Below, one piece after another: positions 33,705-46,315 of a stretch of DNA of 64,000 nucleotides. Below the pieces are notes generated by a model. The model was not told the origin of the DNA. It did no database searches and worked only from the letters and a program-made list of their open reading frames with translations. How positions within the stretch are numbered: the stretch's first letter is position 1; each line of letters opens with the position of its first letter. Made by a program: the position numbers and the translations under genes. Source of the DNA: Styela clava (lineage: Eukaryota); the NCBI RefSeq assembly GCF_964204865.1, contig NC_135263.1, positions 8,494,001-8,558,000 of the forward strand. Direction: 5' to 3'.

Positions 33705-35627
33705 AACCTTGATATATTTCATATTAGAGTTTGAATTCTGTCACCATTGATGAGGTTTCAAGAGATTTACAATTAATACCGAAAATATATTTAGGAATGA
33801 CATAATGATGAGATTTTGTTAATGTATATATATATATATACAATGATGCGTGTACTATACAAGAAATGTTATGAGTATAATTTACATAATACGAAATGAC
33901 AATAATACGAAATGTCACTAATGTAGACTTATAAGACTTTCAAATATCGACATTGCTTTCCTGCATTTATCTTCTGTTTCAGCAATGAATAAAACGTGGT
34001 CGTTCGCGCCATGCATCTCTGCCACATAGACATCTACACACGAGGTTTTAGTCAGACGAATCGCATCGGCAAGTCGCTGACTTCCAATCACGCTCTTGTA
34101 CCGGTAGTGCTTCTTCAAATCATAAGTTTCTTGAGGTGTGTTATACTCAGCGTGGTTATAAAGCTTTTGAAATTCATCAATTGCAGAGTCTGGGTTAAAC
34201 TTGCGGTCAGGTGAAAGGCGATGTAGTCGAATGTTCAAACAATCACCAATTGTTTGAGTATCCAATCGCACACCGTTCGAAGCCCTGTATAATAATATGA
34301 ATAGAAAAAATGATGAAACAGTATTTTATTTGTATTCAATAATAGCCAGTTAGAGCTCAATAGATGCAACAAGGTTGTTTACTGCCAAATGGTGAAAACA
34401 GTTGGATAAAGCAAAAAGTACAAAGAAAAGAGTCTGGAGTTTTGATCTATGTTTGTCTTAATCACAAATGAAGATGAATATTTCGCAGTGGTCTCACTTA
34501 ATCTCCGAATCAAAACTTTGAATATTCTGTTGATACATTGTGCACAGATTCATTTGAAAATACAAATATATGGAAATATATGGATATTATACCATTGACG
34601 ATATTCTCACCAAATTCTGTCGAGTGTACTGCGTCGAGTAAGTTCAAGATATCCAAAAATATCTTTGTCGACAGAAATCATATTTTCATCATTCTTATCA
34701 GTGGGTCCGCCTGAATTAGCTAAATAAAATATGAAAAGATTAGGTACAAATCCACACAAATGACATAGATTTAGAAAAAGTTCCACCGTAGAAATATACG
34801 TCTATGTGACACGATATAGGAGAAACAGCGCCTCTGTGTGATGCCGAATTTCAGTTTGCACTTACCGGCATTTAATTTTATTAAATTTTTTATAACTGAA
34901 AAAAGTCCAATAAAATCGCATCTATCAACAATTTACACTAATTAGCTACCTTGATTTGGGCCATTCGTCATTTTTTCTCGATCCAGAAAGTGTTTGAACA
35001 TGTCCAACGCCATCCTGCATTTTTCGTGGTTCGGAGCAGTGAATATAATGTTGCATGGTGAATCATGCACTCGATCCATGTGTACTTGAGGAAACTCAGG
35101 ACGAAGACTAGCAAAAATTCTTTCCAGTGCTTCATTAGGTAAATTCGAATCGAATTTGGTCGTATCCTGAGCGACAGAATTTGAAACTTTTTCATAAAGA
35201 TCCTTCAAAGATTTTTCTGCTTTTTTAGGGTTTCCATCTGAAGTTGTAGGAGTGAGATTAATTTTGGACTTGTCGCCCATCACAGATTCGTTCATGTCAA
35301 CGTCGAATTTTTTCCTAAAAATATATGTATATAAATTGTGTAGGCAAATAAGACTCTACATTAACGAACATCTGTGTTTGTTAAATTGTGAAAACGTTAT
35401 TACTTTCTCAGTGATTATCATAGCTTACCTACCTGGTTTACTACTTTTGTTCAAAATCCATTAAAATTAGGAAAGGTTTTCGATGACCATAAGAATTGTA
35501 TTGAACAACCAACCAAATAGTATCAAGGAAATATATAATGTTTCTCACTTAATATCATCCAAATCCGAAGAATGAACAAGTTTCTTATATGCGAACATAT
35601 CCTTATCTATCACAGTTGATACAACTT
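33705..35627 (-). repeat. Segmental duplicate of 41284-43308 (3' half of the RRM-KH gene, including introns and 3'UTR)
   Basis: Collinear exons and recognisable introns (e.g. ATCATAGCTTACCTAC, ACTACTTTTGTTCAAAATCCATT, GAATTTCAGTTTGCACT, CTTGATATATTTCA); similarity stops abruptly at TACAACTT 35627 / 43308. Confidence 0.92.
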
Positions 35628-38600
35628 TAAAGAATTTTGCAAAAAAACACTAATATATTTAATCAATGAAGTGTATCTCACAGTAATAAAAATAAAACAG
35701 TGAATTTCAAAATTTATGGTCCCAATTTTGAGTCTTAGTAGCACAATGAATTTTCTGAAGATTTTGCGGACTTGACAAGGGTACATGAATATTTATGGTT
35801 TCTTACTTGATATTATTCAAGTCCCAAGAGTGCACGAGTTTCATATATGCAAACATATCATGATCTAGGACAGTCGATACGATTTCTTTATATACTGGCA
35901 GATTCGATGATGTCTGTGAAACAAGCATTGCACCTGGACAATAAGAAAATAAGATAAGATACAAATTTTAACGCATAATTCATCTGAAACCTTCTTGTTC
36001 AAAGCGGGCACGTCTACATTAACATTTATGCAAATTTTTGAATATGATATTTGGTTGTAGACAATACTATTGAAACACAAACAATCCGGATACGTCGTTG
36101 GCATGCATCGATCGTTATATAATCCTTTGCAATTTTTATTTTATTGGAACCTTGTTACAAAAAATGAGAAAAAGGATTGCAAGCAGCTAAAGCAACAATG
36201 AACTATGGCTTCAGCACTATTCTCACTAACCTGCACTTGTAGAACTGTTCTCAGGTTCAAATGAGTCCGAATCAGATGCTACAATGTTCATGCTGTCCAT
36301 TACAGACATACTTATGGCATGACAGCACTCAAGACACGTCTTGACGATTTTCTGAATAAATATAAATTGAAGAGGTTGTTATGGAATAATTGCGAATACG
36401 ATTAATATAATCATCTGGAATATAACCTTCAAGATAGCATGTTACATACTTTTATTTCAATAAATAAATATTTACTTATCGAATAGTGCTCAAACCTTTT
36501 TTTCAATCAAGAATCTCCTATAATTGAGAGGAACTTTCTGTAGATCCACATAATGATCCAATTTCTTCAGTACTTTTTTGCGATCAGATGCTTTGTGTTC
36601 TATCCATGTTATTAATGCCTTCAGCTTCATTTTTTCTGATGCCTTCGGTAAAAAAAATGTGAGTTATAACTGCATGCATGCATAATTAATTCATTTGACA
36701 AAACACGTGTTTCAAGATTTTGTTTAAAACCATTTTTTTTTACCAGTTTGACTCCTATTGCTTAGATTTTAGAATATTGATATGTTAGAACGAAATAAGA
36801 AAACTCGCGCTTTGGTTGGCCGTGGATATTGATGTTCCGAGTTTCATCTCAAATAGGCTCGAGTATGAAGCGCTATAAGGTTGTCTCAAAATAAATTTAT
36901 ACTTGTTTAGTTGTTTCTACAAAAAACTACCTTCATTATAGGAAAAAATTATTTTTATGTATTATTCCAGCGAATTTATGAGCATTACCATAAAAATAAG
37001 TAGCAAAAATGGTGTTTTTAAAACAGAGGGCTATTGACCAATGTTAATAAATTTGAAGCCAAGCTATAGCTGTTTTTTGTACATAACATACTTCCATTAT
37101 TTTTTTGCAATGTCTTCTTATTTACATAATTATACTGGTTGGTTAAAATAATGTAGCATGCTCAATACCTTATTGTCTTGGCATTTGATCATATCAATTA
37201 TATCCTTTTCTTCGATGAATTTGAACTCTTCCTTATTTGAAATTTTCTCAAAATTCTTCATTGCAAATATTTTCCCTTTTTCCTCCAATATTTTGCAACC
37301 ATAAAGATTCGCGATTTTCATCGTAACGAAATATGAGTTTTCATCAAGGTTTTCTTCGAGAGAATTTGTAATTCCATCGACAACTTCTAATAGTTATCGA
37401 TAAAAACAAGATATTTTTAATGTGTTATTGACTAATTGTCATATATAGGCCTATATTTTTTGCAATATATATTGTCGTTTTATTCTATTTGATTCAAGAG
37501 TCTTTCTGCGCGCTAACACAAATGTATTTCTGTAGCATTCCTTCTGACCTCGGTTACAGAAATACATTCGTGTTAGTGTGCAGCAACACTCTTGAATCAA
37601 ATAGAATAGTCATCCTCACTCTTGCTTCAACATCCTCACATTATACGGATACACTTGCACAAAGGCATAGAGCATGGAAATGTAGTAAGTTCCACGTAAC
37701 CCCAAATGATAGTTCTCGCTTTATGCTGTTAAATATGTTCCTTTTAACTTCGTATTATAGAATCATAAAATCGATATAAACAAATATCTGCGAAAACCAA
37801 GAGATAAACACACAAAGAAGAAGCACGTACTTCTTAGCTGTATGAATTGAGCCACATTCATCAAGGATTCGGCGTTCTCAATTGTTGTAGATAATTCACC
37901 GGTGTAGATATATTCTATACATTGTTTCAGGCATACTGGATCCACTCCTTTAATCTCCACTCTGCCGGATTGAGTTTCAACATTCTTCCAAACAACAGAT
38001 GAACAATCAAATTATCATTCTGTATTGTCGTACAATTAACATTCTCTAATCCTAATGCATATAATTCGAAACTTTTTTGGGGCTTTTTTTCAATATATTT
38101 AATGGATAACAATTACGGTGCCCAAAATATAAATTTTTGTTGTCGTAATTTCCACACTGTTCACCTATTAATCGCAGGTTTACGTAATTTGAATACAATA
38201 CAATCTTACGAGAAAACTTTGTTGCACATGAGCCGTGATCGATATATTGAGAAAATAAAAAATGCCAACAATAATAAACCCACATCATGAGAAAGCATAG
38301 CTTTGAAGTAATCAGATCCAGCCGATATGACATTCTTGTGCACCGGGATTTCTTCTGTACCAGCTATAATAGTGAAATCGCAATGCAGCTTCGATTCATT
38401 TCTGTATCTTATATTCAAAAAATTAAATCAAAGTCACGTTTTTCAATAATGGAAAGTTTGGCATAAACTAAGGAAACATATTTGGCCACACTAAAGAATG
38501 ACGGTATGCTCTGGAACAAAATAAAATCCATGGTCAAGTGGAAGAAATAACTTGCAAAATTGCTTTAACTTCTGGCAAAACTGAAGTCGAGAATCGCAAG

Positions 38601-38899
38601 AGAGCATATCACATTAGCATTGCCAACACCTCAAAAATCCAAGGTCATAAATCCTCAGAAAAGAATAAACAAAGTAAGTAAAATAAGAGAGGAATAAAGG
38701 GATAGTAAAAACACGTGAAATGAACGACAAGTTCGAGAAGTAGTTTGAAAGAATTTCCCGATGTTCATATAGACTAACAATTTTTGATAGCCGTTTCCTA
38801 ATTAAAAAAATTATATTTCAGTAATAAAACAAACCTGTTCAATTCCTCCAACATTTCTTTTGCATGATTATCATCATTTACACCGATTTTTACAGACAT
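33918..38899 (-). CDS. Chimeric BTB-BACK plus RBM43/DTX3L-type KH-like protein, about 596 aa, no Kelch repeats
   Basis: Exons 38899-38835, 38401-38284, 37984-37831, 37386-37169, 36642-36496, 36351-36231, 35933-35807, 35314-34950, 34719-34611, 34284-33918; all GT-AG and phase-compatible, 1791 nt with no internal stop. BTB: HAKEMLEELNRNESKLHCDFTIIAGTEEIPVHKNVISAGSDYFKAMLSH..IEYIYTGEL; BACK: FAMKNFEKI..SEKMKLKALITWIEHK..R; then KH-like modules, exon 8 about 86% identical in protein to the neighbouring gene. Confidence 0.8.
35549..35624 (-). other. Second copy of the chimera junction exon (candidate mutually exclusive exon or remnant)
   Basis: 76 nt, AAG acceptor / GTGAG donor, phase 1 to 2, encodes VSTVIDKDMFAYKKLVHSSDLDDIK; 2 nt different from the donor gene. 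Confidence 0.55.
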
Positions 38900-39284
38900 C
38901 ACACATAGATTTTATAAATAAAACTTTTAATTACACAGGTTTAACTAAATGGAAAAATAATTATAGATAGCAATTATATTGATTTTTGAAATTGCACAGT
39001 GCCATTTTTTTCGGATGCAAAGTATTTCATTGTCTGCCATCTTGAACAGCACTAACAAATAAATGTGATGCTGCTCAAGATATATAGTGACAATACCGGC
39101 AAGATGGAAGTTAAAGAAAATGGCAAGAACAGGGCAAATAAACCAGACCTCACCAAATACATAGAATATTGAGACACTTACACGGGACAGGATTTCGACC
39201 AGGGTGGTTCAAAGTTGTCGGCATCTAGGGCCACAAAATCATTTTTACATTGTTCGCGGACAACCTTGGACCTGCGCTAAAATT

Positions 39285-39969
39285 TAGGGCTGGGAATGGT
39301 TAATTTTAGATGGTTAACGGTTACGATTTATTTTAACCGTTAAAGTCAACTGACATTTCAGGTACAAATCATCTTTATATTGTACAATTCCTTCAAAAAT
39401 GATAACGTCATCGCAAATTTATCTCCTGTGGCGTTTAATTCGAAAGAATATCACTAACTAACTGTATTGGTAACGACCCAATGAATGTGAACAATAATTG
39501 AAGTACCAAGATTGCTGATTATGAAAATTTGACAATGATATTTCCAGAATCAGTTTTTGGTCAAAATATATTGTTCACGATTTTATTGCAAAATCGTATA
39601 TTCAATGTCATCCAACAAGTGCGCAGTTGATGCTGTTTTCCTTTATGATATCTTAAAGTAGAATTAGCACATCGAACATGGAAAATCACATTGTCACATA
39701 AATGACATTTAATACCGGAATCGGGTTTTACGAAAATACTACGATATGTTCGAACCACGCTGAATATCTCTTGCAGCAGAGCGATCACGAAACTATCTTG
39801 ATTCCTGAATAATTTTGAGCGATACCGGGATAAGATCAAGCGAAATGGCTTTGTTTCCATTGTAACAAGCTGAAATTATAAATTATTACGTGAAACGTCA
39901 CGCCTAGGGTAACCGGTTAATTTTACCCGGTTAACGGTTAAAGTGTTTTCCCTGGAATTCCCAGCCATA
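39285..39969 (-). mobile_element. hAT deletion derivative with BED zinc-finger remnant
   Basis: TIR TAGGGCTGGGAAT / ATTCCCAGCCATA; subterminal GGTTAA/CGGTTA repeats; GCGCTAA on both flanks; ORF 39561-39860 has KCHLCDNV...STLRYHKGKQH (BED C2H2 pattern). Confidence 0.7.
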
Positions 39970-41508
39970 GCGCTAATAGATTCCTCCTCACTCAATATTT
40001 AGTTTTATTTTAGCGCGGATATTCCGACTGAAAAACTAGTTAACAATTTAGGCTAGCCAAGAATACTATTCAACTTCGCTGGTTGATTCATCTTTTCTTC
40101 TGTAGTTAGATAAGCTTCTCTCGGTTAAACGGACTTTGTTTGAGACGAGGTATTGTAAATTATGTATTATATATGACCAGCAACACACTACTCCACTCTT
40201 TGTACGCAAACCAAACATACGATTAGTCAAATATTAAATTTCAGATTGGTAACGTATAAATTGTACATATACATCGAGACGATTCGTACATTTATCATTG
40301 ATATTATATCATTACTTTACACTGTGCAATATACATAAATTACATTGGCAGGAACAGACAATGATGACAACGACTCCGGGTGTGGCATAATAAATGTATT
40401 CTGTACTTTAATTAGGCTTCGTGTAGGCCAATATGTACTGAGAATACTTGCATCGATCATGTTAATAGCAACAGGGGAGCAATGCTCCACATTATGGACA
40501 GCATGACACGCTCAACGCTCACTGTCAGTCCCCTTTTTTCTTCCTAATTCGCATTTCGAATGAAACTCAAACTAGGACTTCAAAGTGTTCGATCAAACCC
40601 TGATTCAGATATGTATTTCTGAAATGTTTTTTCCGCCATTCAACAAAAAATATGAGTATATATTACTGATATATTTATCAAAATATGAATCCATCTTTAA
40701 TTATGGTGTACGATGACTTCTACAATTAATCATTAACGAAGTCGTTATTGCCTAATAAAAGAATATTGGAAAACGCTACAAAATAGCGATAGTTGTTAAC
40801 GATAGCGATAGTATTTTAAATGGGATATTAGATCAGGCGGTATTTTGTTATCTTTATAAAGTGAAAAACGTATTGTTAACACAAATTGTTGAAGTATCTT
40901 ACCTATGAACCCCATTCATGTTATTGGCTCCGGGCTAAAACGAAATGTCGTACAGTGCTACACGAGCCGTTGTAATTAAGTAATATATGCGAAAAACTCC
41001 TTGCAGATATTTGAACAAAAATTGAATTATATGTAAATTCTCTCAGGACTTCGCAATTTCAAAATTCTATTCTTAGAACGTCATTCTCGTAAACGTAAGT
41101 TTGTGAAGAAACTTTTCTTCGCAAAAGTCTATTTGATAAAGCATATAGCACTGAGAGTGACTTTAAAAGGCTCCTTCAGCTTTACGATTGGTTCATACTT
41201 GGACTTCTTAACCTTGGGCTATTTTCTTTAGGACTATGTATCTTCTTACTCTTTAAACTACGGTACCCACGACAAGTAAATCTAATCTTGATATATTTCA
41301 GATATAAATTTGAATTTTTTCATTACTGAAAAAATAATCGATGGTTTTATAGATACAGGAATTCATTGGTTTAAGTGATTTACAATTAATTTCCAAAATA
41401 AATTTATGAAAGACTCATTAAATTTATGCCGATGAAGATACAATTATACGTATAGAATACAATGTTAGTGGTATAATTCACTTTGACAAATGACAATCAT
41501 ACAAAATG

Positions 41509-44500
41509 TCATTTATTTTGACTTAAAAGTCTTTCAAATGTCGACATTGCTCTTTTGTATTTATCTTTTGTTTCAGCAATGAATAAAACGTGGTCGTTTG
41601 AGCCATGCATCTCTGCCACGTAAACATCTGCACACGAGCTTTTAGTCAGACGTATCGCTTCGGTAAGTTGCCGACTCCCAATCACACTCTTGTAGCGCTC
41701 CTTCAAATCATAGGTGCCTTGAGGTGTTTTTTCCTGAGCGTAGTTATAAAGCTTCTGGAATTCATCAATTGCAGAATCTGGGTCAAACTTATGGTCAGCT
41801 GATAGACGATGTAGTCGTATGTTCAAACAATCACCAATTGTTTGAGTATCCAATCGCACACCGTTCGAGCCCCTGTATAATAATATGAGCTCAGCTAGAG
41901 CTATTCTAGATCTCAATACATACAACAAGGTTGCTTACTACTCAATGACGATTATAGTTGGATAAAGCAAAAAGCACATTAAATACGGAAAGTTTTAATA
42001 AAATTCGATCGATTGGCATCCATCGATATTTAAATTTGATCAAATTTTTGTTTTAGTCAGGCTCAATCACAATAGAACATGCATATTTCACATTGGTCTC
42101 ACATGGTCATGCAAATATAAGATTACGCTTAATCTCCGCATTAAAACTTTGAATAATCTGTTGATACGTTGTGTCTATGGAAAAACTTTACCATTAACGA
42201 TATTCTCACCAAATTCTATCGAGTGTACTGCGTCGAGTAAGTTCAAGATATCCAAAAATATCTGTGTCGACAGAAATCATATTTTTATCTTTCTCACCAG
42301 TGGGTCCACCTGAATTGCCTAAATAAAATATGAAAAGATTCAGTATAAACTATAAATTCACTGAAATTACATAGATTTAGAAAAAAATTTAGAATCGTAG
42401 AAATATACGAGTATGTAAATTGTAAAACATCACAGGAAAAATATCCCCCTTATGTGGTGTAGAATTTCAGTTTGCACTCACCCGGACTCAACTTTATTAA
42501 ATTATTTATAACTAAAAAAGTCCAATACATTCGTATATATGAGCAATATACACTAATTAGCTACCTTGATTCGGGTTATTCATCATTTTTTCTCGATCCA
42601 GAAAGTGTTTGAACATGTCCAACGCCATCCTGCATTTTTCTTGATTCGGGGCAGTGAATATGATGGTGCATGGTGAATCATGTACTCGATCCATGTGTAC
42701 TTGGGGAAACTCGGGACGAAGACTAGCGAAAATTCCTTCCAGTGCTTCTTTAGTTAAATTCGAATCGATTTTGGTTGTATCTTGAGCGACAGAATTTGAA
42801 ACTTTATCATGAAGAGCATTCAAAGATTTTTCCGCTTTTTTAGGGTTTCCATCTGAAGTTGTAGGAGTGAGAACAATTTTGGATGCGTCGCCCACCACAT
42901 TTTCGTTCATGCCAACGTCGAATTTCTTTCTAAAATTATATAAATATATATATATTGTGTTGGCATATAAGATTTATTTATTATGCCAAGAACACTAATT
43001 TATCCATAGATAAAGATATCTGAATTAAGGAGCATCTATGTTGTTAAATTGTGGCCTTGGCAAACATTATTAATTTTAACTTTTCAGTTATTGATCATAG
43101 CTTACCTACATGGTTACTACTTTTGTTCAAAATCCATTTATTTTAAAGTAACAAACGTTTTCGATGGCCATAAAAATTGTACTGGACAACCAACCAAATA
43201 GTATCAAGGAAATAAATACGGTTTCTCACTTGATATCATCCAAATCCGAAGAATGAACAAGTTTCATATATGCGAACATATCCTTATCTATCACAGTTGA
43301 TACAACTTCCTGGGTTTTGATTGGTTGATGTGGTTGTTGTTGTTGTGGAGTAGGCATTACTACTGGCTGGAGCGGAATGCTGGGGACCTCGTGAAACACA
43401 TTTCTTGACAAATAACCACTTTCTGGAGCCATTTTAGGTCCCATATTATCCAGATTTTGTGATATCATATTTTCAATTCTTTCAAAAACGGCTTGCATTT
43501 GATACCATTCACCTGAAAATGCAATATACTTGAAATACTGATTGTTTAGGTCAATACATCCAAAACTGGAACAAAACATGAATTTCAAGAATTCCCCAGA
43601 TTAGAGAAAACAAAAATGAAAGTCGTTCGTTATTTGTTTTAATGACACTCTGCTTTACATATTACCACGTCCTATATTAATAGCATTATTTTATGAAGTC
43701 ATGCTTATCTGCTTAACATTCATACTCAACCAATTTTATAGAAGCAGTACCTTCAGCATTATACCCTTGTCCACTGCCCACGGGAGTGATATTGCACCCA
43801 GTGGAATCCATGATACTTTCAAGTTCATCTTCGACATCGCCAGATTTGATTTTTAACTGTTGAATGACGTAGTCGGATATTTTCGCGGTGACAGTCTCGA
43901 ATATTCGTGGCTGCCAAAATGATGAATATAACGAATGGACCTCAAATATATTATAACCCCCAGTTGTTAACGGACAAAACTCTTAGATTTTATTATTGAG
44001 AAAATTGACATGAAATCTACACTAACCAAGGTTGCGACTATGGGACCATTATGAATGAGGTCTGAATATGACTAACAAGTAAAAATACACGCAGAAATTT
44101 AAAATACTTACTTACGCCTTTATTAAATTTTGATATCGAATCAATCAATCGAATCGTTTTTTTATTAGCCATGCGGGAAAAGCACAATAAAATGAAAAGC
44201 AAGAGAAATCCCGGAATATAGGTATATGTATATATAATCTTGACTTGGCCCAGAATGGACACGATAACATCGAAATGACTTCGGTTTATTTGTCAGCGGC
44301 TATCTTGCAATAACTGTTATAATGAATAAAACAATACAAAGTTACCACAACGCAAACGCTTTTATGTTGACAGTTATGCTATCCTATTTTGTAATTATAA
44401 TTCTATTTTATTTATATACGATTCCAACCCGCAGTTATAGTTATAACATAATAGTGTGTGTTATTAAAGAACACGAGGTACCTACAACATTGGTTTCAGC

Positions 44501-45332
44501 GGGGGCAAACATCAATATTCATTTCACCGGACGTGTCTAGATGCTTCACTTAGGTTTAAAACAAACAAACCCATATAATCGTGCTCAATGCTCACCATCG
44601 TTTGATTACTTACCCGCGGTTGCAGAGGGCTTACAGAAACTGTCTTCCCCGCTATTTTGTGTGTGTGTTGAAGAACGGACGGAACAGCTGAAAATCGAAA
44701 ATATTTGTAATATAGTTATCAGCTCTAGCCATTAGCAAAGTATGATAATACATTCATTTTCAATAGGTAATCACGTTGATACTTTTTGTAATCGCTAGCC
44801 AATCACGTATGCGAGTGACGCTTTGTTTGCCCATCGTACATAATGGCGAAACACAGTCAATATTTCGCGATTACGTGACGACTGAAGCGAAGCCATGTCC
44901 ATACTGTATTACAAAATGAAACACGTAGCAAATTGGTCGATTATGAAGCCTTTCCTTCCGTAACAAAATAACTTTGCTGACGAATATCTACGTTTCCGTG
45001 AATTTAGGCCTGACATAAAATGACGTCATAGTTTTGCCAGTCGCTATCTGTTAATTATTTGTTCGCGGCGGTGTTTGGCGCTCAGAGTTGGTCTGGCATA
45101 CGATGTGAAACTACCGTTATCTGTACTTACTTTCTTGCTCTTCAAAGGTGATTATTGCAGTATCACTCTCTTGGTTTGATAAGGGAAAAGTCACTGATTG
45201 AACGTCACCCCCGCCGACATTTTTCTTTTTCTGGAAGTAGATCGTAAGTTTGTCCGAACTAACGTTCGATGGAATGCCTTTAACGACTATTTTATTCGAG
45301 GTAATATCTTGGCTTGGCGTCGAACTAGCCAT
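41509..45332 (-). CDS. RBM43-like / DTX3L-N-terminus-like RRM plus KH-like protein, about 518 aa
   Basis: Exons 45332-45131, 44687-44614, 43910-43751, 43512-43230, 42929-42565, 42318-42210, 41872-41509 (1557 nt, in frame). RRM KIVVKGIP..KLTIYFQKKKNVGGGDVQSVTFP..AIITFEE of the PARP14/RBM43/DTX3L type; RIFETVTAKI, EGEW and two [IV]DxD[MI]FxY motifs resemble RBM43 as I recall it (KIFSSVNAIL, EGSF, LDTDVFLY). Confidence 0.8.
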
Positions 45333-46315
45333 AGTTGCCGAAATCCTCGACTATAATGCAACAAATACCTATAGACGTTACAAAAGAAACGGTCGATAAA
45401 AGCTGTGCGTTGAGAATATCAACGGACAAACTTCCTGTTCTTGCTGCGCATTGATCCGTGTAGTCTCAGTCATGGGGATTTCCCCAGGTATCGGGTGCGT
45501 AGCTTTACGCGAGACTTCACCTACATTGCTCAACAGACTCTGGTACTCGTTTGACTTATCTCCGACCAATAAGACGGGCAAAATACATTTATGCAGAGAT
45601 GGCGCGCACACGATGTGAAAAACAACGTTCTGATCGTGTTGTAATTTGGATTTTTACCTCCGACTTCCATGTGGACTACATGCAATCGCCCATTAGCAAA
45701 TCTGTAGTATAACTATATTCGTAAGAAACGCTGACTTACGACGAACACAAATAAATAAGCGCACATGAAGCATAATTTCGCGGCCATATTGAATCTCTAT
45801 CCCACTGCTACTAATTATCATGGAAGTGTTTGTATTGCAAGGTGACTTTTCGTACGCAGTGTGCGATAAAGTAATAAAAGCAAGCTGCAAAAGCGCAAAT
45901 GGCAAGGACACGGCAGTAATTCGAAAAAAAAAATTCTTCATGAGTGTGTATGGTAACTAATCTATCTCAAGATGCAATCATTACAATGCAAACCAACAAC
46001 TTCACAACAGAAAGATAACTCAGTTGCAGACATCGTTTATTTTGTACAAACTACCAATATAGGACAATATCGAGGAACTTCCCCCTTATGTTAATCTACC
46101 CAAAGAAATCCCTTCAGACATAAAAGAAACCCAAAAGATGGTTAATTTTTCAACAGAAAATTGGTATAACTGCTTTCAAGCAAATCATGATAAAAAATAT
46201 TGAATTCAAGTTAGTATGATTAACCAGGAATGAACCAATTACAGCCAAAAAAGTGATTCCAACAGACGTTCCCTGGGGATATGAGGCACAATGACAATGT
46301 TTCTCAGTTTTCTCT

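Noticed and set aside
35415-35465. Strong donor-like GTAGGTAAGC kept in both duplicated introns (also about 43095-43140), possible poison exon
   Set aside because: No convincing acceptor; the conservation is explained by recent duplication
36231-38899. Reading the BTB-BACK exons as a truncated KLHL pseudogene separate from the KH exons
   Set aside because: No lesions; exon 6 ends in a good phase-1 donor (CAG|GTTAGT) matched by a phase-1 acceptor about 300 bp away, so fusion is the simpler reading, pending transcripts
41509-45332. Calling this gene PARP14 or DTX3L
   Set aside because: Only the RRM/KH-like region is present; the stop at 41509 comes before any macro, WWE, PARP or RING-DTC domain
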